IMG/VR virus record: IMGVR_UViG_3300029286_000018
Location: 30,350 to 94,349 of that record
DNA length: 64,000 nucleotides
Reading direction: 5' to 3' (one strand)
Source: a virus
The position numbers were made by a program, and so were the translations under genes. This document shows positions 22,603 through 31,931 of the stretch, one piece after another; position 1 is the first letter of the stretch; each line of letters starts with the position of its first letter. The notes under the pieces are model-generated. The model saw nothing but the letters and a program-made list of their open reading frames with translations, searched no databases and was not told the DNA's origin.

Positions 22603-25533
22603 ATGAAAAATTTATTCCACATAAACAGTATTTATCATACAGCCGCTAAAAATAGCAAGGGCTTAGGGTCTTCTGAAAAAGGCATTAATGTCAATGCCCT
22701 TAAACAAGAAGCTATTGCTATGATTAAACAACACCTAAATGAAAAAAAAACTGTTAACTCTATTCAGGCTGATCCTCGATTTACGGCAATCCAAGAGTTA
22801 TTGGCGATGGATGGATCTGACGATGCCAATGATGCTCTAGATACGATATTGACCATGTTAACTTCACATTATGTGGACCCAACGAGTGAGCCGGTAGAAG
22901 ACTGGAGGAAAGCTACTGAACTTAGTATTAACGTAAATAGTGATCCCTATAAACTTCTTACTAGATTAAATCAGGTTGCATCTGAAAAAATTTCTATAGT
23001 TATTAATGACTTTAGGAATTTTAACACTGCTCCATATGTAAACTGCGCTGACCCAGGAACTCGTAATTGGGCGTTATCTTATGCTAATACTAAAGCGAGA
23101 CATCAGGACGAGTATTATCAAGCGCTGGGTGACTTAGAAGGCCGAAAATTATGGTTTGTTGCAGAAGACTTTTTTAGTGCTAATGCTCCTGTTGTGTATA
23201 CGTATTACGCTCATGACCCATCAAAGCTTGCCGCTATAAATAACTATATGCTACAACGTTTTAATCTTTATGCAAATCGTAGCACATCATCAGGAGGTTA
23301 CGATGCAGAAAAGTTGCGTAAATCTTTACAGGGCGCGGTAGATGGCCCTTTGAAGGCTGCTCCTTGGCATCTGAATAGGTATTTTGAAAATGGTAAGGAA
23401 CATTTATTTGCTGAAAAATTACTTGCAGACTTTACTGAAAGATTAGCTCAAGAAGATCCTCAGGCAATGTGTGCCTTAATGGCTCGTATGCGAATTTACT
23501 TACACGGACATGAAGACGTGAAAAAATTATTTACTAAAGAACCTGAGTCAACTGATGGAGGATTAGCTGATTTTGATGAAAAAGCGCGATTTAGAAAAGA
23601 TGAAGCAAAAGAAAATCTATCTTTATCGGAATCTCTTCACGGCAGGGCTACTAAAGAAGTCGCTAAAACAGGCATAGTGGTTGGCGACAATTTGCTATCT
23701 GATGGCCCTGATTCTATTTCATATGAGTTTAATAAAGTATTCACAGAATATAATGAAGGCTTGCAAGGGATGCTTAATCTTACAAATCAGCAAGCGCATC
23801 CAATAAAATACGCACAGCTTGTTGCTCATAATGCAGATTTTCAAGATGCTGCTGCGCAGGCGCAAGAGAAAATAAATACTTGGAAATACAACTACAAGTA
23901 TGAAAAAAATATGAGAACTCAAAACGGCCAGTATGATAATAGATGGCGTGCATCTAATGTTGATATAATGTTCAATAGGGCCTTCTCGTCCGGATACATT
24001 GATGACCAGAATAGATTAAGATTTATGTTTAGTGGTAAAAATAAAATAGTCAACATAAAAATATATTTAAAGCCTAGTGCTAGTATTGTCAAGCATGACT
24101 CTAATGGCAGGGTTATTCGTAACACCAAACCAAGAACATGGACAGTAGATTTAATTGATGTAAGCTTTAGCTGGGCGTCACTTGATAAAAATGGGCTGAC
24201 TGGCAATACTGCAACTGGCTTTTTAATTCGTGATGCGTCAAAGGGCGATAATCAAATATCGGTAAATAATGCGTCCGTTTTTAAATCTAATGATCAAGTT
24301 TTTATTGCCTCTTCTCAATCTGTTGGAAGTGAAAATGTAGATGAGGCTGTTTATGAAGCTGATTTGGTTGTATCAAAAATTATTGATAACCAAAATATTT
24401 TGTTAAAATCTCCATTGCGTTTTAATTGGGATATGACTAGAAATCCATTTGTGCGCTTGAAGTCTGATAAATCGAAAAAAATTCCTGAATATATTTCTGA
24501 GGTAGGTGGTGATTGTTTGGAAGACGAGATTACTGTCTCTAAAAACATAAAAAATACTGCAAATCCTGCGGATTTTCCAAGTGGTCCATTTACCACTTTA
24601 AGTTCTTCTTATTTAGAGGATAAGGATAGGGAAGACATCTCATTAGCTGCTAGTATAGTTCGTGAAGAGCTAGCAGAAAATTTTCATTTATTGAAACCAT
24701 TATCTGCTGGTTTCAAGCAAGGTTGGGGAGACAAAACTCCTGCAGATGGTATGCGTAACCTGCAGAGAAATAATCCTGCAGAATACGCAAGCTATGTATC
24801 TTTGGTGAACGTAATAGTCGGGTACCTTAAGAGAAAACTAGTACATTTTCAAGAGAAGTCTGGGCTGACAGATGAGGCGATTGAATGCTATGTATCAATT
24901 GGAAATCCGTCTTTGCAAGCATCAATAAAAAAGCTTAATGACGCCATCGCCGATCCATCGAATGCAGATGATAAGAATAGACTCCAAGTTTCCTTAAAAG
25001 AGCTAACTATGGCAAAAGATCTATTTGATATAGTATTGATTGGTGGCAAAGACTCTTCATTTAAAGGTAAGCCTGGTGCAATGGATATCATAAAATGGTT
25101 TGAAACAAGTGTAATAGCTTTGATAGAAAGTGACAAACTTGAAAAAATACTTAAAAATACTCAAAATAGACAATTATATGAAATGATTCAAAGGCAATCA
25201 GCTGTGATTATGAAAAAGGAGCTTGAAAAAATTGATGATTTTCATGTACTAGATTTTGCTGCAACGATAATGCGTGGATCAAATGCTTCTGCAGAAAAAC
25301 AAGCTTGTAGAGTTGAAAGAAAAAACTTTGAGCCATACATGCTTAGATATCTTGAGTCAAACCCAAATGTTAAAATCTTGTACAATGCAATGTTTGGAGG
25401 ATGCAAACCTGATGAGAATAAGCAAGCAGATTGCGAAGACTGTTATAAAAAGACATCTAGCTTGTCTTCTGGCATTTATGAAAGTATTGATCAGTGGTTA
25501 AGACATATTGCTAGAAAGACATACCTTGAATGA
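22603..25533 (+). CDS. Large hypothetical protein, mostly helical, with one inserted beta module; possibly internal virion protein
   Basis: AGGAGA RBS before ATG 22603 (MKNLF); ~976 aa; module shared with neck proteins at ~24220-24430. Confidence 0.65.
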   Translation: MKNLFHINSIYHTAAKNSKGLGSSEKGINVNALKQEAIAMIKQHLNEKKTVNSIQADPRFTAIQELLAMDGSDDANDALDTILTMLTSHYVDPTSEPVEDWRKATELSINVNSDPYKLLTRLNQVASEKISIVINDFRNFNTAPYVNCADPGTRNWALSYANTKARHQDEYYQALGDLEGRKLWFVAEDFFSANAPVVYTYYAHDPSKLAAINNYMLQRFNLYANRSTSSGGYDAEKLRKSLQGAVDGPLKAAPWHLNRYFENGKEHLFAEKLLADFTERLAQEDPQAMCALMARMRIYLHGHEDVKKLFTKEPESTDGGLADFDEKARFRKDEAKENLSLSESLHGRATKEVAKTGIVVGDNLLSDGPDSISYEFNKVFTEYNEGLQGMLNLTNQQAHPIKYAQLVAHNADFQDAAAQAQEKINTWKYNYKYEKNMRTQNGQYDNRWRASNVDIMFNRAFSSGYIDDQNRLRFMFSGKNKIVNIKIYLKPSASIVKHDSNGRVIRNTKPRTWTVDLIDVSFSWASLDKNGLTGNTATGFLIRDASKGDNQISVNNASVFKSNDQVFIASSQSVGSENVDEAVYEADLVVSKIIDNQNILLKSPLRFNWDMTRNPFVRLKSDKSKKIPEYISEVGGDCLEDEITVSKNIKNTANPADFPSGPFTTLSSSYLEDKDREDISLAASIVREELAENFHLLKPLSAGFKQGWGDKTPADGMRNLQRNNPAEYASYVSLVNVIVGYLKRKLVHFQEKSGLTDEAIECYVSIGNPSLQASIKKLNDAIADPSNADDKNRLQVSLKELTMAKDLFDIVLIGGKDSSFKGKPGAMDIIKWFETSVIALIESDKLEKILKNTQNRQLYEMIQRQSAVIMKKELEKIDDFHVLDFAATIMRGSNASAEKQACRVERKNFEPYMLRYLESNPNVKILYNAMFGGCKPDENKQADCEDCYKKTSSLSSGIYESIDQWLRHIARKTYLE

Positions 25534-25720
25534 TAGTCAAATTAATTTATCTTGTGTGTGCGAGCATTGTTCAAAAACAGTGAGTGATAATATCAAGATA
25601 GAGCTTAATTTTGCAAGTAAGATTATTTACTGGTATTGCCCTGAGTGTAAGCAAATGAACGAAATAGATTTTAAGTCTCTTAAGGATTTAAAAGCACTTC
25701 CCAAGATGAGGTTAATGTAA
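25526..25720 (+). CDS. Small zinc-ribbon protein
   Basis: CEHC...WYCPEC; start uncertain (TTG 25526 or 25508). Confidence 0.65.
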   Translation: MNDSQINLSCVCEHCSKTVSDNIKIELNFASKIIYWYCPECKQMNEIDFKSLKDLKALPKMRLM

Positions 25721-26223
25721 TGTACAGTATAGTAAACACTTCTGGAAGATATTTGAGCATACAGGATTTAAGAATAATGCTTTCTCCAAGAGAGCGTATT
25801 GATTTAGATAATGTTTGTGAGAGAAGAGAGATTGAGAGTAGCGTTCATCTTAAATCTGCGCTTAAAAAAGGTTACATTAAGGTGGTGATTAAAGATCGCG
25901 AAGGCTTTGATCCTAACCAGTCAGTTAGCTCTCCTAGTGTGATCACAAAAGATGACCTTGACAGAGTTAAGCAGGACATTGCTGGCATTATTAAAGAGGC
26001 TCTTTCTTCCATAAAAGTTGTTGGGTCTTCCAATGAGACAGTTCCTCAAGTAAACGTCAATGTTGGTGGGATAGAAATGTCAGATACTATTTTAGAAGCA
26101 ATACATAAAAAAACAGTTGATAGGTTAATGATAAATTCTGAAAAAGCAGTTGAAGTAAAGCAATCAAAAACTAACAATGTTAATATGGATAAAAATCTCG
26201 ACGAGCTTGAGGGCTTATTATAG
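25720..26223 (+). CDS. Hypothetical protein; candidate adaptor for the adjacent actin-like ATPase
   Basis: N-terminal domain shared with ORF 15770; helical C-terminus ending NLDELEGLL. Confidence 0.65.
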   Translation: MYSIVNTSGRYLSIQDLRIMLSPRERIDLDNVCERREIESSVHLKSALKKGYIKVVIKDREGFDPNQSVSSPSVITKDDLDRVKQDIAGIIKEALSSIKVVGSSNETVPQVNVNVGGIEMSDTILEAIHKKTVDRLMINSEKAVEVKQSKTNNVNMDKNLDELEGLL

Positions 26224-26231
26224 GAGTAGTT

Positions 26232-27287
26232 ATGTCAATATCAGTAGGCTATGATGTCGGTACAATGTTTTGTCAAATGGCTAAGCAGGACTCAGGTGGA
26301 TCCACTGCCATGTCCACTATTCGCAATGCTTTCGTTGAAATTCCAGAATCAGAAGATGTTGAGGAAGTTCTTTCTCGCAATGGATGGCAATGGGTTCGTG
26401 ACGGGAAAAGTGTTTTTGTTATTGGAGAAGATAGCGTTCAGGTTGCAAAGTTATTTCCAGGCAAAGTTGAGATACGTCGCCCTCTTCAGGATGGAGTTTT
26501 GAACAAGAACGAAGAGAAGAAAAATATAGTTCTCGCTTCTATCATAGAAAGTCAGTTAGGTAAGGCTATAGGTGAAGGTTCTGTTGTTGCAACTTGTATA
26601 TCTTCTCCGTGCATAGATGGTAGCGGAGACAGCACTTTTCATACTGCTCGTTTGAAGGGCATGTTCTCTAGACTTGGTTGGAACGTAAAGGTAATTGAGG
26701 AGGCTCTTGCTGTAGTTCTTAGCGAAAGACCTTGCGTAATTGATGACGATGGATCTGAAGTTCCTTATTCAGGTATAGGTATGAGTTTTGGAGCTGGTAG
26801 GGCTAACTGCATGCTAGCGTTTAAGGGAATGCCAATACTGGGAATGAGTGTTTCAAGATCTGGCGACTGGATTGATAAAATGGTTAGCGAACAGACTGGA
26901 GTTCCTATTGCTCAGGTAATGGAGACAAAAGAAAAGAAACTAGATTTTAATAAAATTGATATGGATAATGATGTAATGTTTGCCCTTGATGCTTATTATG
27001 ACGCCATGCTTAAGCATGTTTTCTCTTTATTTGCTAAAAAATTCAAAGAAGTAAAAAGCGATTTTAACAAACCGCTCGACATCGTTTTGGCTGGCGGAAC
27101 AAGCATGCCAAGTGGATTTGATAAAAAAGTTGATTCTATTGTAAGGTCTTTTGATCTTCCTTTCAAAATAAACTCAGTTAGAAAAAGTAAAGACCCAAGA
27201 AATTCAGTTGTTACTGGCTTGCTAACTCAGGCAGAAATAGTAAGACGTAAGTTGGAAAAAGGACAAATAACAAAGGATAGCATTTAA
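26232..27287 (+). CDS. Actin-fold ATPase (MreB/MamK/ParM-like)
   Basis: VGYDVGT (phosphate 1), IEEALAV (connect 1), IGMSFGAG (phosphate 2), SGDWID, IVLAGGTS (adenosine), DPRNSVVTG (connect 2). Confidence 0.85.
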   Translation: MSISVGYDVGTMFCQMAKQDSGGSTAMSTIRNAFVEIPESEDVEEVLSRNGWQWVRDGKSVFVIGEDSVQVAKLFPGKVEIRRPLQDGVLNKNEEKKNIVLASIIESQLGKAIGEGSVVATCISSPCIDGSGDSTFHTARLKGMFSRLGWNVKVIEEALAVVLSERPCVIDDDGSEVPYSGIGMSFGAGRANCMLAFKGMPILGMSVSRSGDWIDKMVSEQTGVPIAQVMETKEKKLDFNKIDMDNDVMFALDAYYDAMLKHVFSLFAKKFKEVKSDFNKPLDIVLAGGTSMPSGFDKKVDSIVRSFDLPFKINSVRKSKDPRNSVVTGLLTQAEIVRRKLEKGQITKDSI

Positions 27288-28012
27288 TGGGATATTGTAC
27301 TCCACAACTTGTTCAGCGCATTTTAGTGCAATCTTTAACGTCTGCCACTACTCCTACGACTACTGGTAAAGGTTCTTTGCTGAACTTTGGCAACAGTATT
27401 GATAAGAATCTCATCACAGATGAAATAATGAATCAGCACATCAATATTGCTGATACTTTCATTAACAGTACTCTGAGTGTTCTTTATAAAACTCCGTTAA
27501 GAGAAATTGCTGACATTGAGTGCAAGCTCGCTGTTGACATTGATGTATACAATAATGAGGTGATACTTGTTTCTCCTCAAGCTAATGTATTTGTCCCAGG
27601 AGATATCATCGTAATTAATGATGGTGTTTATGAAGATAAGCTGACAGTATCAAGTATTATTGGTGATAATATTCTAAAGTTTGATGACATTATAGCGGGT
27701 ATTTTCTCAGCAGATTCTACAAGAATCTTAAGAGTTAGATTCCCAGACCCTATCCCAAATACGAGCGCAAGATTGGCTGCAGCAAGTATCTATGACAGAT
27801 ATTTTTCTGCACAATCAACAAGCCAGCAGTCTGATTTTGCCAAGACTCTTAAGAGTATGTGTAGGGCTGATTTGAATAATATCTTAAACGGACGTGCAGT
27901 TCTTCATGGTCAGCATAGAATTGGCGATAGATTCTTAAACTCGCACCTTAAGGACCGTTATGGCCTCAGGGGTATGGAGAGTGATTCTACAAGAGATGTG
28001 GGTGAATTCTAA
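27287..28012 (+). CDS. Head-tail connector (Mu gp36/HK97 gp6-like) with inserted beta domain
   Basis: MGYCT..INIADTFINSTLSVLYKTPL..[insert]..PDPIPNTSARLAAASIY..LNNILNG. Confidence 0.65.
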   Translation: MGYCTPQLVQRILVQSLTSATTPTTTGKGSLLNFGNSIDKNLITDEIMNQHINIADTFINSTLSVLYKTPLREIADIECKLAVDIDVYNNEVILVSPQANVFVPGDIIVINDGVYEDKLTVSSIIGDNILKFDDIIAGIFSADSTRILRVRFPDPIPNTSARLAAASIYDRYFSAQSTSQQSDFAKTLKSMCRADLNNILNGRAVLHGQHRIGDRFLNSHLKDRYGLRGMESDSTRDVGEF

Positions 28013-28305
28013 TGCCTTCACAAGATATAAGTAACTTGCAAAAAGAATTAAAACAGCTGCATGACTCATTGAATGTGCTGAAAGAAATTAAAATGAATAA
28101 GCCTATTTCATCAATGTCTTCTTCTGTGTTCTCTACCAGAGAAGCCGCTAAAGCTTCTGCTCCTTTTAGACCAGAACCTACAAAATCGCTATCCACCGAA
28201 GAAGTGGAAAAATTAGTGACAAATGAATCTGATATGGTTGATTATGTTGAAAATTTAGTATCTAAAAATTTGGATGATGTTATTGGAAAAATGTTAGGCG
28301 ATTAA
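28012..28305 (+). CDS. Hypothetical protein
   Basis: 97-aa ORF coupled to the upstream gene by TAATG overlap. Confidence 0.6.
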   Translation: MPSQDISNLQKELKQLHDSLNVLKEIKMNKPISSMSSSVFSTREAAKASAPFRPEPTKSLSTEEVEKLVTNESDMVDYVENLVSKNLDDVIGKMLGD

Positions 28306-28308
28306 TAT

Positions 28309-29208
28309 ATGGAAGAAGTACTTGATAGTCTTAGAAAAATAATCAACAGGTGGGTAAATACAGAAGTCGATCTCACTGAAGACGCTGAGGTCGGTGACGT
28401 ACTATTAAAAGTAAAAACTGCGATGCGCTTTAGAGATGGTGACGAGGTAATGCTAACTGATGGAAATGAATTTGAGCACCCTCTCTACGTAAAGAGTGTA
28501 GTTGATGAAACTACCATTGAGTTGGCTTCTTCTCTTAAGTTTGTGTGGTCTGTTTCTAAAGGAAGTAAAGTTAAAAAAGCAGTTGCTGGCAAGCTTGTTC
28601 AGAGTATTTTCTTAGGTGAGCCAAATGTAATTCAAAGATTCCCAGCCATCGTGGTGGTTGGAGATAATCAAAATTCACAATGGACTACTTTTGAGTCAAC
28701 GACTGAAACATATGATGTAAGTATATCTTCATATATTGAAGACAGTACTTTAGAAGATGGATATAGGGCATTGATGCGGATGACAAAGCTTATTGAATTT
28801 GGATTAAAAAGAAATATGTTTCCATTAGTGGGTGAACGTTCTCATGCTTCAATTATTCAGCCTATTGCTCCAGGTGATATATATTTAAAAGTTGATAGCA
28901 CTGCAGGAATGGTCTCAGAGCAGCTAATACTTCTTGAAAGTACCTTCCGAGCAGAGCAGGTTGTCATTAAGAGTATCCTTGATGAAAGCACAATCGAATT
29001 GGTGCAGGGCGCATATTACCCATATCCTTTAATTGACGATCCTCGTGCAATAATAGTGACAAGGTTCTTGTATAAGTGTTGGCCAAAAACAATTAATTAT
29101 GGATTTGTCCATAAGGACACATTACTTAAGGCTAGCAAAATTAGTTGGTCTGGCGAAGAAATTCAACAGCATGGCCCTATCGGATGGTGGGATACTCCGA
29201 GAAATTAA
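28309..29208 (+). CDS. Probable tail terminator/completion protein with two inserted beta modules
   Basis: IFLGEP..FPAIVV..YDVSISSY core; position before the tail tube; two copies of the inserted module. Confidence 0.5.
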   Translation: MEEVLDSLRKIINRWVNTEVDLTEDAEVGDVLLKVKTAMRFRDGDEVMLTDGNEFEHPLYVKSVVDETTIELASSLKFVWSVSKGSKVKKAVAGKLVQSIFLGEPNVIQRFPAIVVVGDNQNSQWTTFESTTETYDVSISSYIEDSTLEDGYRALMRMTKLIEFGLKRNMFPLVGERSHASIIQPIAPGDIYLKVDSTAGMVSEQLILLESTFRAEQVVIKSILDESTIELVQGAYYPYPLIDDPRAIIVTRFLYKCWPKTINYGFVHKDTLLKASKISWSGEEIQQHGPIGWWDTPRN

Positions 29209-29213
29209 TATCT

Positions 29214-30362
29214 ATGAAGATATTAATAATTGGTCCATCGCCCTACATGCATCATGATCCTGGTTTAATAGTAAGAGATGTTCTTGAGCAAGCAAGTGCT
29301 GACCATACATTGTATGGGTGTTTTTTTCATCACGATTTTTCTAAACATCCAGTTGATCACGTACAAAACTATGTACACGGAGAAGTTTCTGTGCCATCTA
29401 AGTGGATAGACAATTCGCAGGCTAATGCTGCGGTTATAGATACTTATGACTGCATTATGGATAATGAAATTGAAGCAGTTGTAAGTGTTGGTTCTACAAT
29501 GGAGTCAGAATTTATTAGAGCTGCAATAGAAACTTCTGGTAAATCTTTACCGTGGTTTCATGTAATGTCCATGTCAAATCACATGCATGATGATCGTTAT
29601 TCTGAAACTTTAAATGCGATTTCTCACATATGGACTTATTCTGAATCTCAGAAAGAAAACATACAGTCAAAGTGTGGAGTGTTAGAAGATAATATTTCTG
29701 TGTTGTCAAGACGTAGTGAGCTTTTATCTCAATCTAATAGTGAGAAAAAATGTGATCTCGTCTTTGGTGGATGGAATACCGAATCCTACAACTTGCGGTC
29801 AATCTTCGAAGCTGCATCATTAACCACATCATCTGTTAAGTGTTTGACAAATTATTTCGAGCATGGCGATTTCGATCTTGACAAGATGGGAAATTATTTT
29901 TTCCCAAAGATTAATCTATTCCCATCCGATTTTGCAAGCTTATTTGAAAAGCCATCGTTTTCTCAGTGGGATGATTTTATAGAAAATTCATATGTATTTG
30001 TTGATATGAGCATGACTCAGAACGGTTGCTCTACCCTAAAAAGGGCATGGAAGTCTGGTGCTCAATGCGTGGTTATAGATACACCTAGACACAGAGAGAT
30101 GGCTAGCCAGATGCCTGGTATCATTTTAGTAAAATCCTCTGTGTTTTTTAGTTTATCTGGGATTAAGCTGTATGTTCCAGATCATCTATTATTAAATCTA
30201 ATATTGTCAGACATTTTGCAGGATAAACATACAAAAGTCTGCAAACCATCTATAAGTAACGAATCTAAAGAAAAAGAACAGAAGGAATTCAGCAATTTAT
30301 TAAATAAATTAATACGAATAGCATCTTTAGGAAGGTTTCTAGATCTAGAGTCAATAACATAG
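29214..30362 (+). CDS. Degenerate GT4-like (GT-B) protein, probably catalytically inactive
   Basis: Start MKILIIGPSP. FIENSYVFVDMSMTQNGCSTLKRAWKSGAQCVVID aligns with GT4 'advfv.pS..EgFgl..lEAma.G.pvv' but lacks both glutamates. Confidence 0.5.
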   Translation: MKILIIGPSPYMHHDPGLIVRDVLEQASADHTLYGCFFHHDFSKHPVDHVQNYVHGEVSVPSKWIDNSQANAAVIDTYDCIMDNEIEAVVSVGSTMESEFIRAAIETSGKSLPWFHVMSMSNHMHDDRYSETLNAISHIWTYSESQKENIQSKCGVLEDNISVLSRRSELLSQSNSEKKCDLVFGGWNTESYNLRSIFEAASLTTSSVKCLTNYFEHGDFDLDKMGNYFFPKINLFPSDFASLFEKPSFSQWDDFIENSYVFVDMSMTQNGCSTLKRAWKSGAQCVVIDTPRHREMASQMPGIILVKSSVFFSLSGIKLYVPDHLLLNLILSDILQDKHTKVCKPSISNESKEKEQKEFSNLLNKLIRIASLGRFLDLESIT

Positions 30363-30381
30363 GGTGGAGGAATTAATCAAA

Positions 30382-30768
30382 ATGGCAAGCATCTCTTTTA
30401 GTAAGTATAAAATAATTTCTGACAACATAGGTGACGCTCGCACTTCCATACTGTCGGCAATCGACAATATGTTTGCCGCCGTTTATGAGGTAGCTGTACT
30501 TGACGATGTCCAGTCTACTCTAGATCTTCTACAGCCCATGTTTGCCGCCTATCAGCTGGCAGATCAGACGCTTCGTAGTATCAATACTTTTACTTCTGCA
30601 GTCACAGCTTTGAATAACCACGTTGTGCGTAGAAATTCGTCTTATACAACAGTCAATGATTTTTTGGCTGCAAATAATGCGGATCAAGTAGGCAACAAGC
30701 TAGATCCAGAGTTTATAGATATTTCAAACACGCTTGGATACGCAGTTCAATCTAAGTATTCTGCGTAA
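30382..30768 (+). CDS. Hypothetical helical protein, probably structural
   Basis: GGAGG RBS then ATG 30382 (MASISF); directly upstream of the tail tube. Confidence 0.7.
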   Translation: MASISFSKYKIISDNIGDARTSILSAIDNMFAAVYEVAVLDDVQSTLDLLQPMFAAYQLADQTLRSINTFTSAVTALNNHVVRRNSSYTTVNDFLAANNADQVGNKLDPEFIDISNTLGYAVQSKYSA

Positions 30769-30787
30769 TTAATAATAGAGGAGTAGC

Positions 30788-31897
30788 ATGTCAGTAGAAG
30801 GACAACCATCATTTAGCGTTCCTCCACCGTTGGGTCTTGCAGATCCAACGGCTCGTCCAGCATATGCTGGATATTCAGGCTTTGTAACATACGAGGCCAC
30901 TCTTGGCGGTGCACTTAAGAAATATTTGCTACGCGCAGATCGCTGCAGCTTGAAGGGCACGCAAGCGATTGATACTGTCAAAGATATTGATGGTTCTATT
31001 GATTCAACCAGATATGCTTTAAAGTCTTTTGAAGTAAACGGGGACGTATCATTCAATCTAGACTCTGCTCCAGACAGCGTTGGGTATAAAGCTTTTGCTC
31101 AGCTTTATTCAGATACAGTGTTGCGCAGTGCAGATGGTAGACTAAAGATTAGAGAGGTTCCTGGATCTCGCAATATGCTGGTGCGCTACAACAGCGAAGT
31201 TTCTTATAGATATCTTGATATAGTTCCAAGCAAAATGAGCATTGAATGTGCTGCTGGTGAAGCATTGCGTGTCTCCGTATCCTTCATGGGTAGAGGCCGT
31301 GAGGGGCCATTTGATGGCACTACAGCTGTCATGGGTGATGGTCTTGGCGCTACCGTGGACGGTAGTGTCAATGTTGCTCCCGTGCGCGTAGTCACATATA
31401 ACGACGTTACTATTGACATAGAGTCTGCCCCTATTTCAACAGGCGTTGTTGTCAATACTCCTCCTAGCATTACTCGTCTCCCTTTAGTTAAGAGCTTTAA
31501 AGTTGATATCGACAACGCTGTTGAGGCTGTTCATACGCTCAGCGGAACTCTCGCTGCATATGACCTTGTTGCTAAGAAAAGAACAATTAGTGGAAGCATA
31601 ACATTCTTGGGTAGAAACAGAGACATTGGTGACTACGCATTGTATAATGAAATTGGTCAAACTTCACGTGCCAACTTGCTGTTTAATGTAAGATTTGGCA
31701 ACGTGACAAAGACTTTGTTCAAGTTACGTGGCGTGGTCTTTAAGATTGAGTCTATGGATCTCACTAATGACGTTCTAAACTCAACTATGGAATTTATGGC
31801 TCTTGGAGATCAAGCATTTAACTATGAATCTATTTCAGCTCTTGAAACTCCAAACACCAGTGCCAACGGATCTCAACATCCGTACCCATTCATTTAA
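30788..31897 (+). CDS. Major tail tube protein
   Basis: GAGGAG RBS; EVNGDVSF, SKMSIECAAGEALRVSVSFMG, VKSFKVDIDN, RTISGSITF; precedes chaperones and tape measure. Confidence 0.75.
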   Translation: MSVEGQPSFSVPPPLGLADPTARPAYAGYSGFVTYEATLGGALKKYLLRADRCSLKGTQAIDTVKDIDGSIDSTRYALKSFEVNGDVSFNLDSAPDSVGYKAFAQLYSDTVLRSADGRLKIREVPGSRNMLVRYNSEVSYRYLDIVPSKMSIECAAGEALRVSVSFMGRGREGPFDGTTAVMGDGLGATVDGSVNVAPVRVVTYNDVTIDIESAPISTGVVVNTPPSITRLPLVKSFKVDIDNAVEAVHTLSGTLAAYDLVAKKRTISGSITFLGRNRDIGDYALYNEIGQTSRANLLFNVRFGNVTKTLFKLRGVVFKIESMDLTNDVLNSTMEFMALGDQAFNYESISALETPNTSANGSQHPYPFI

Positions 31898-31931
31898 AAT
31901 GTCGATAGAACATTGAGGTTCTATCGTATTT

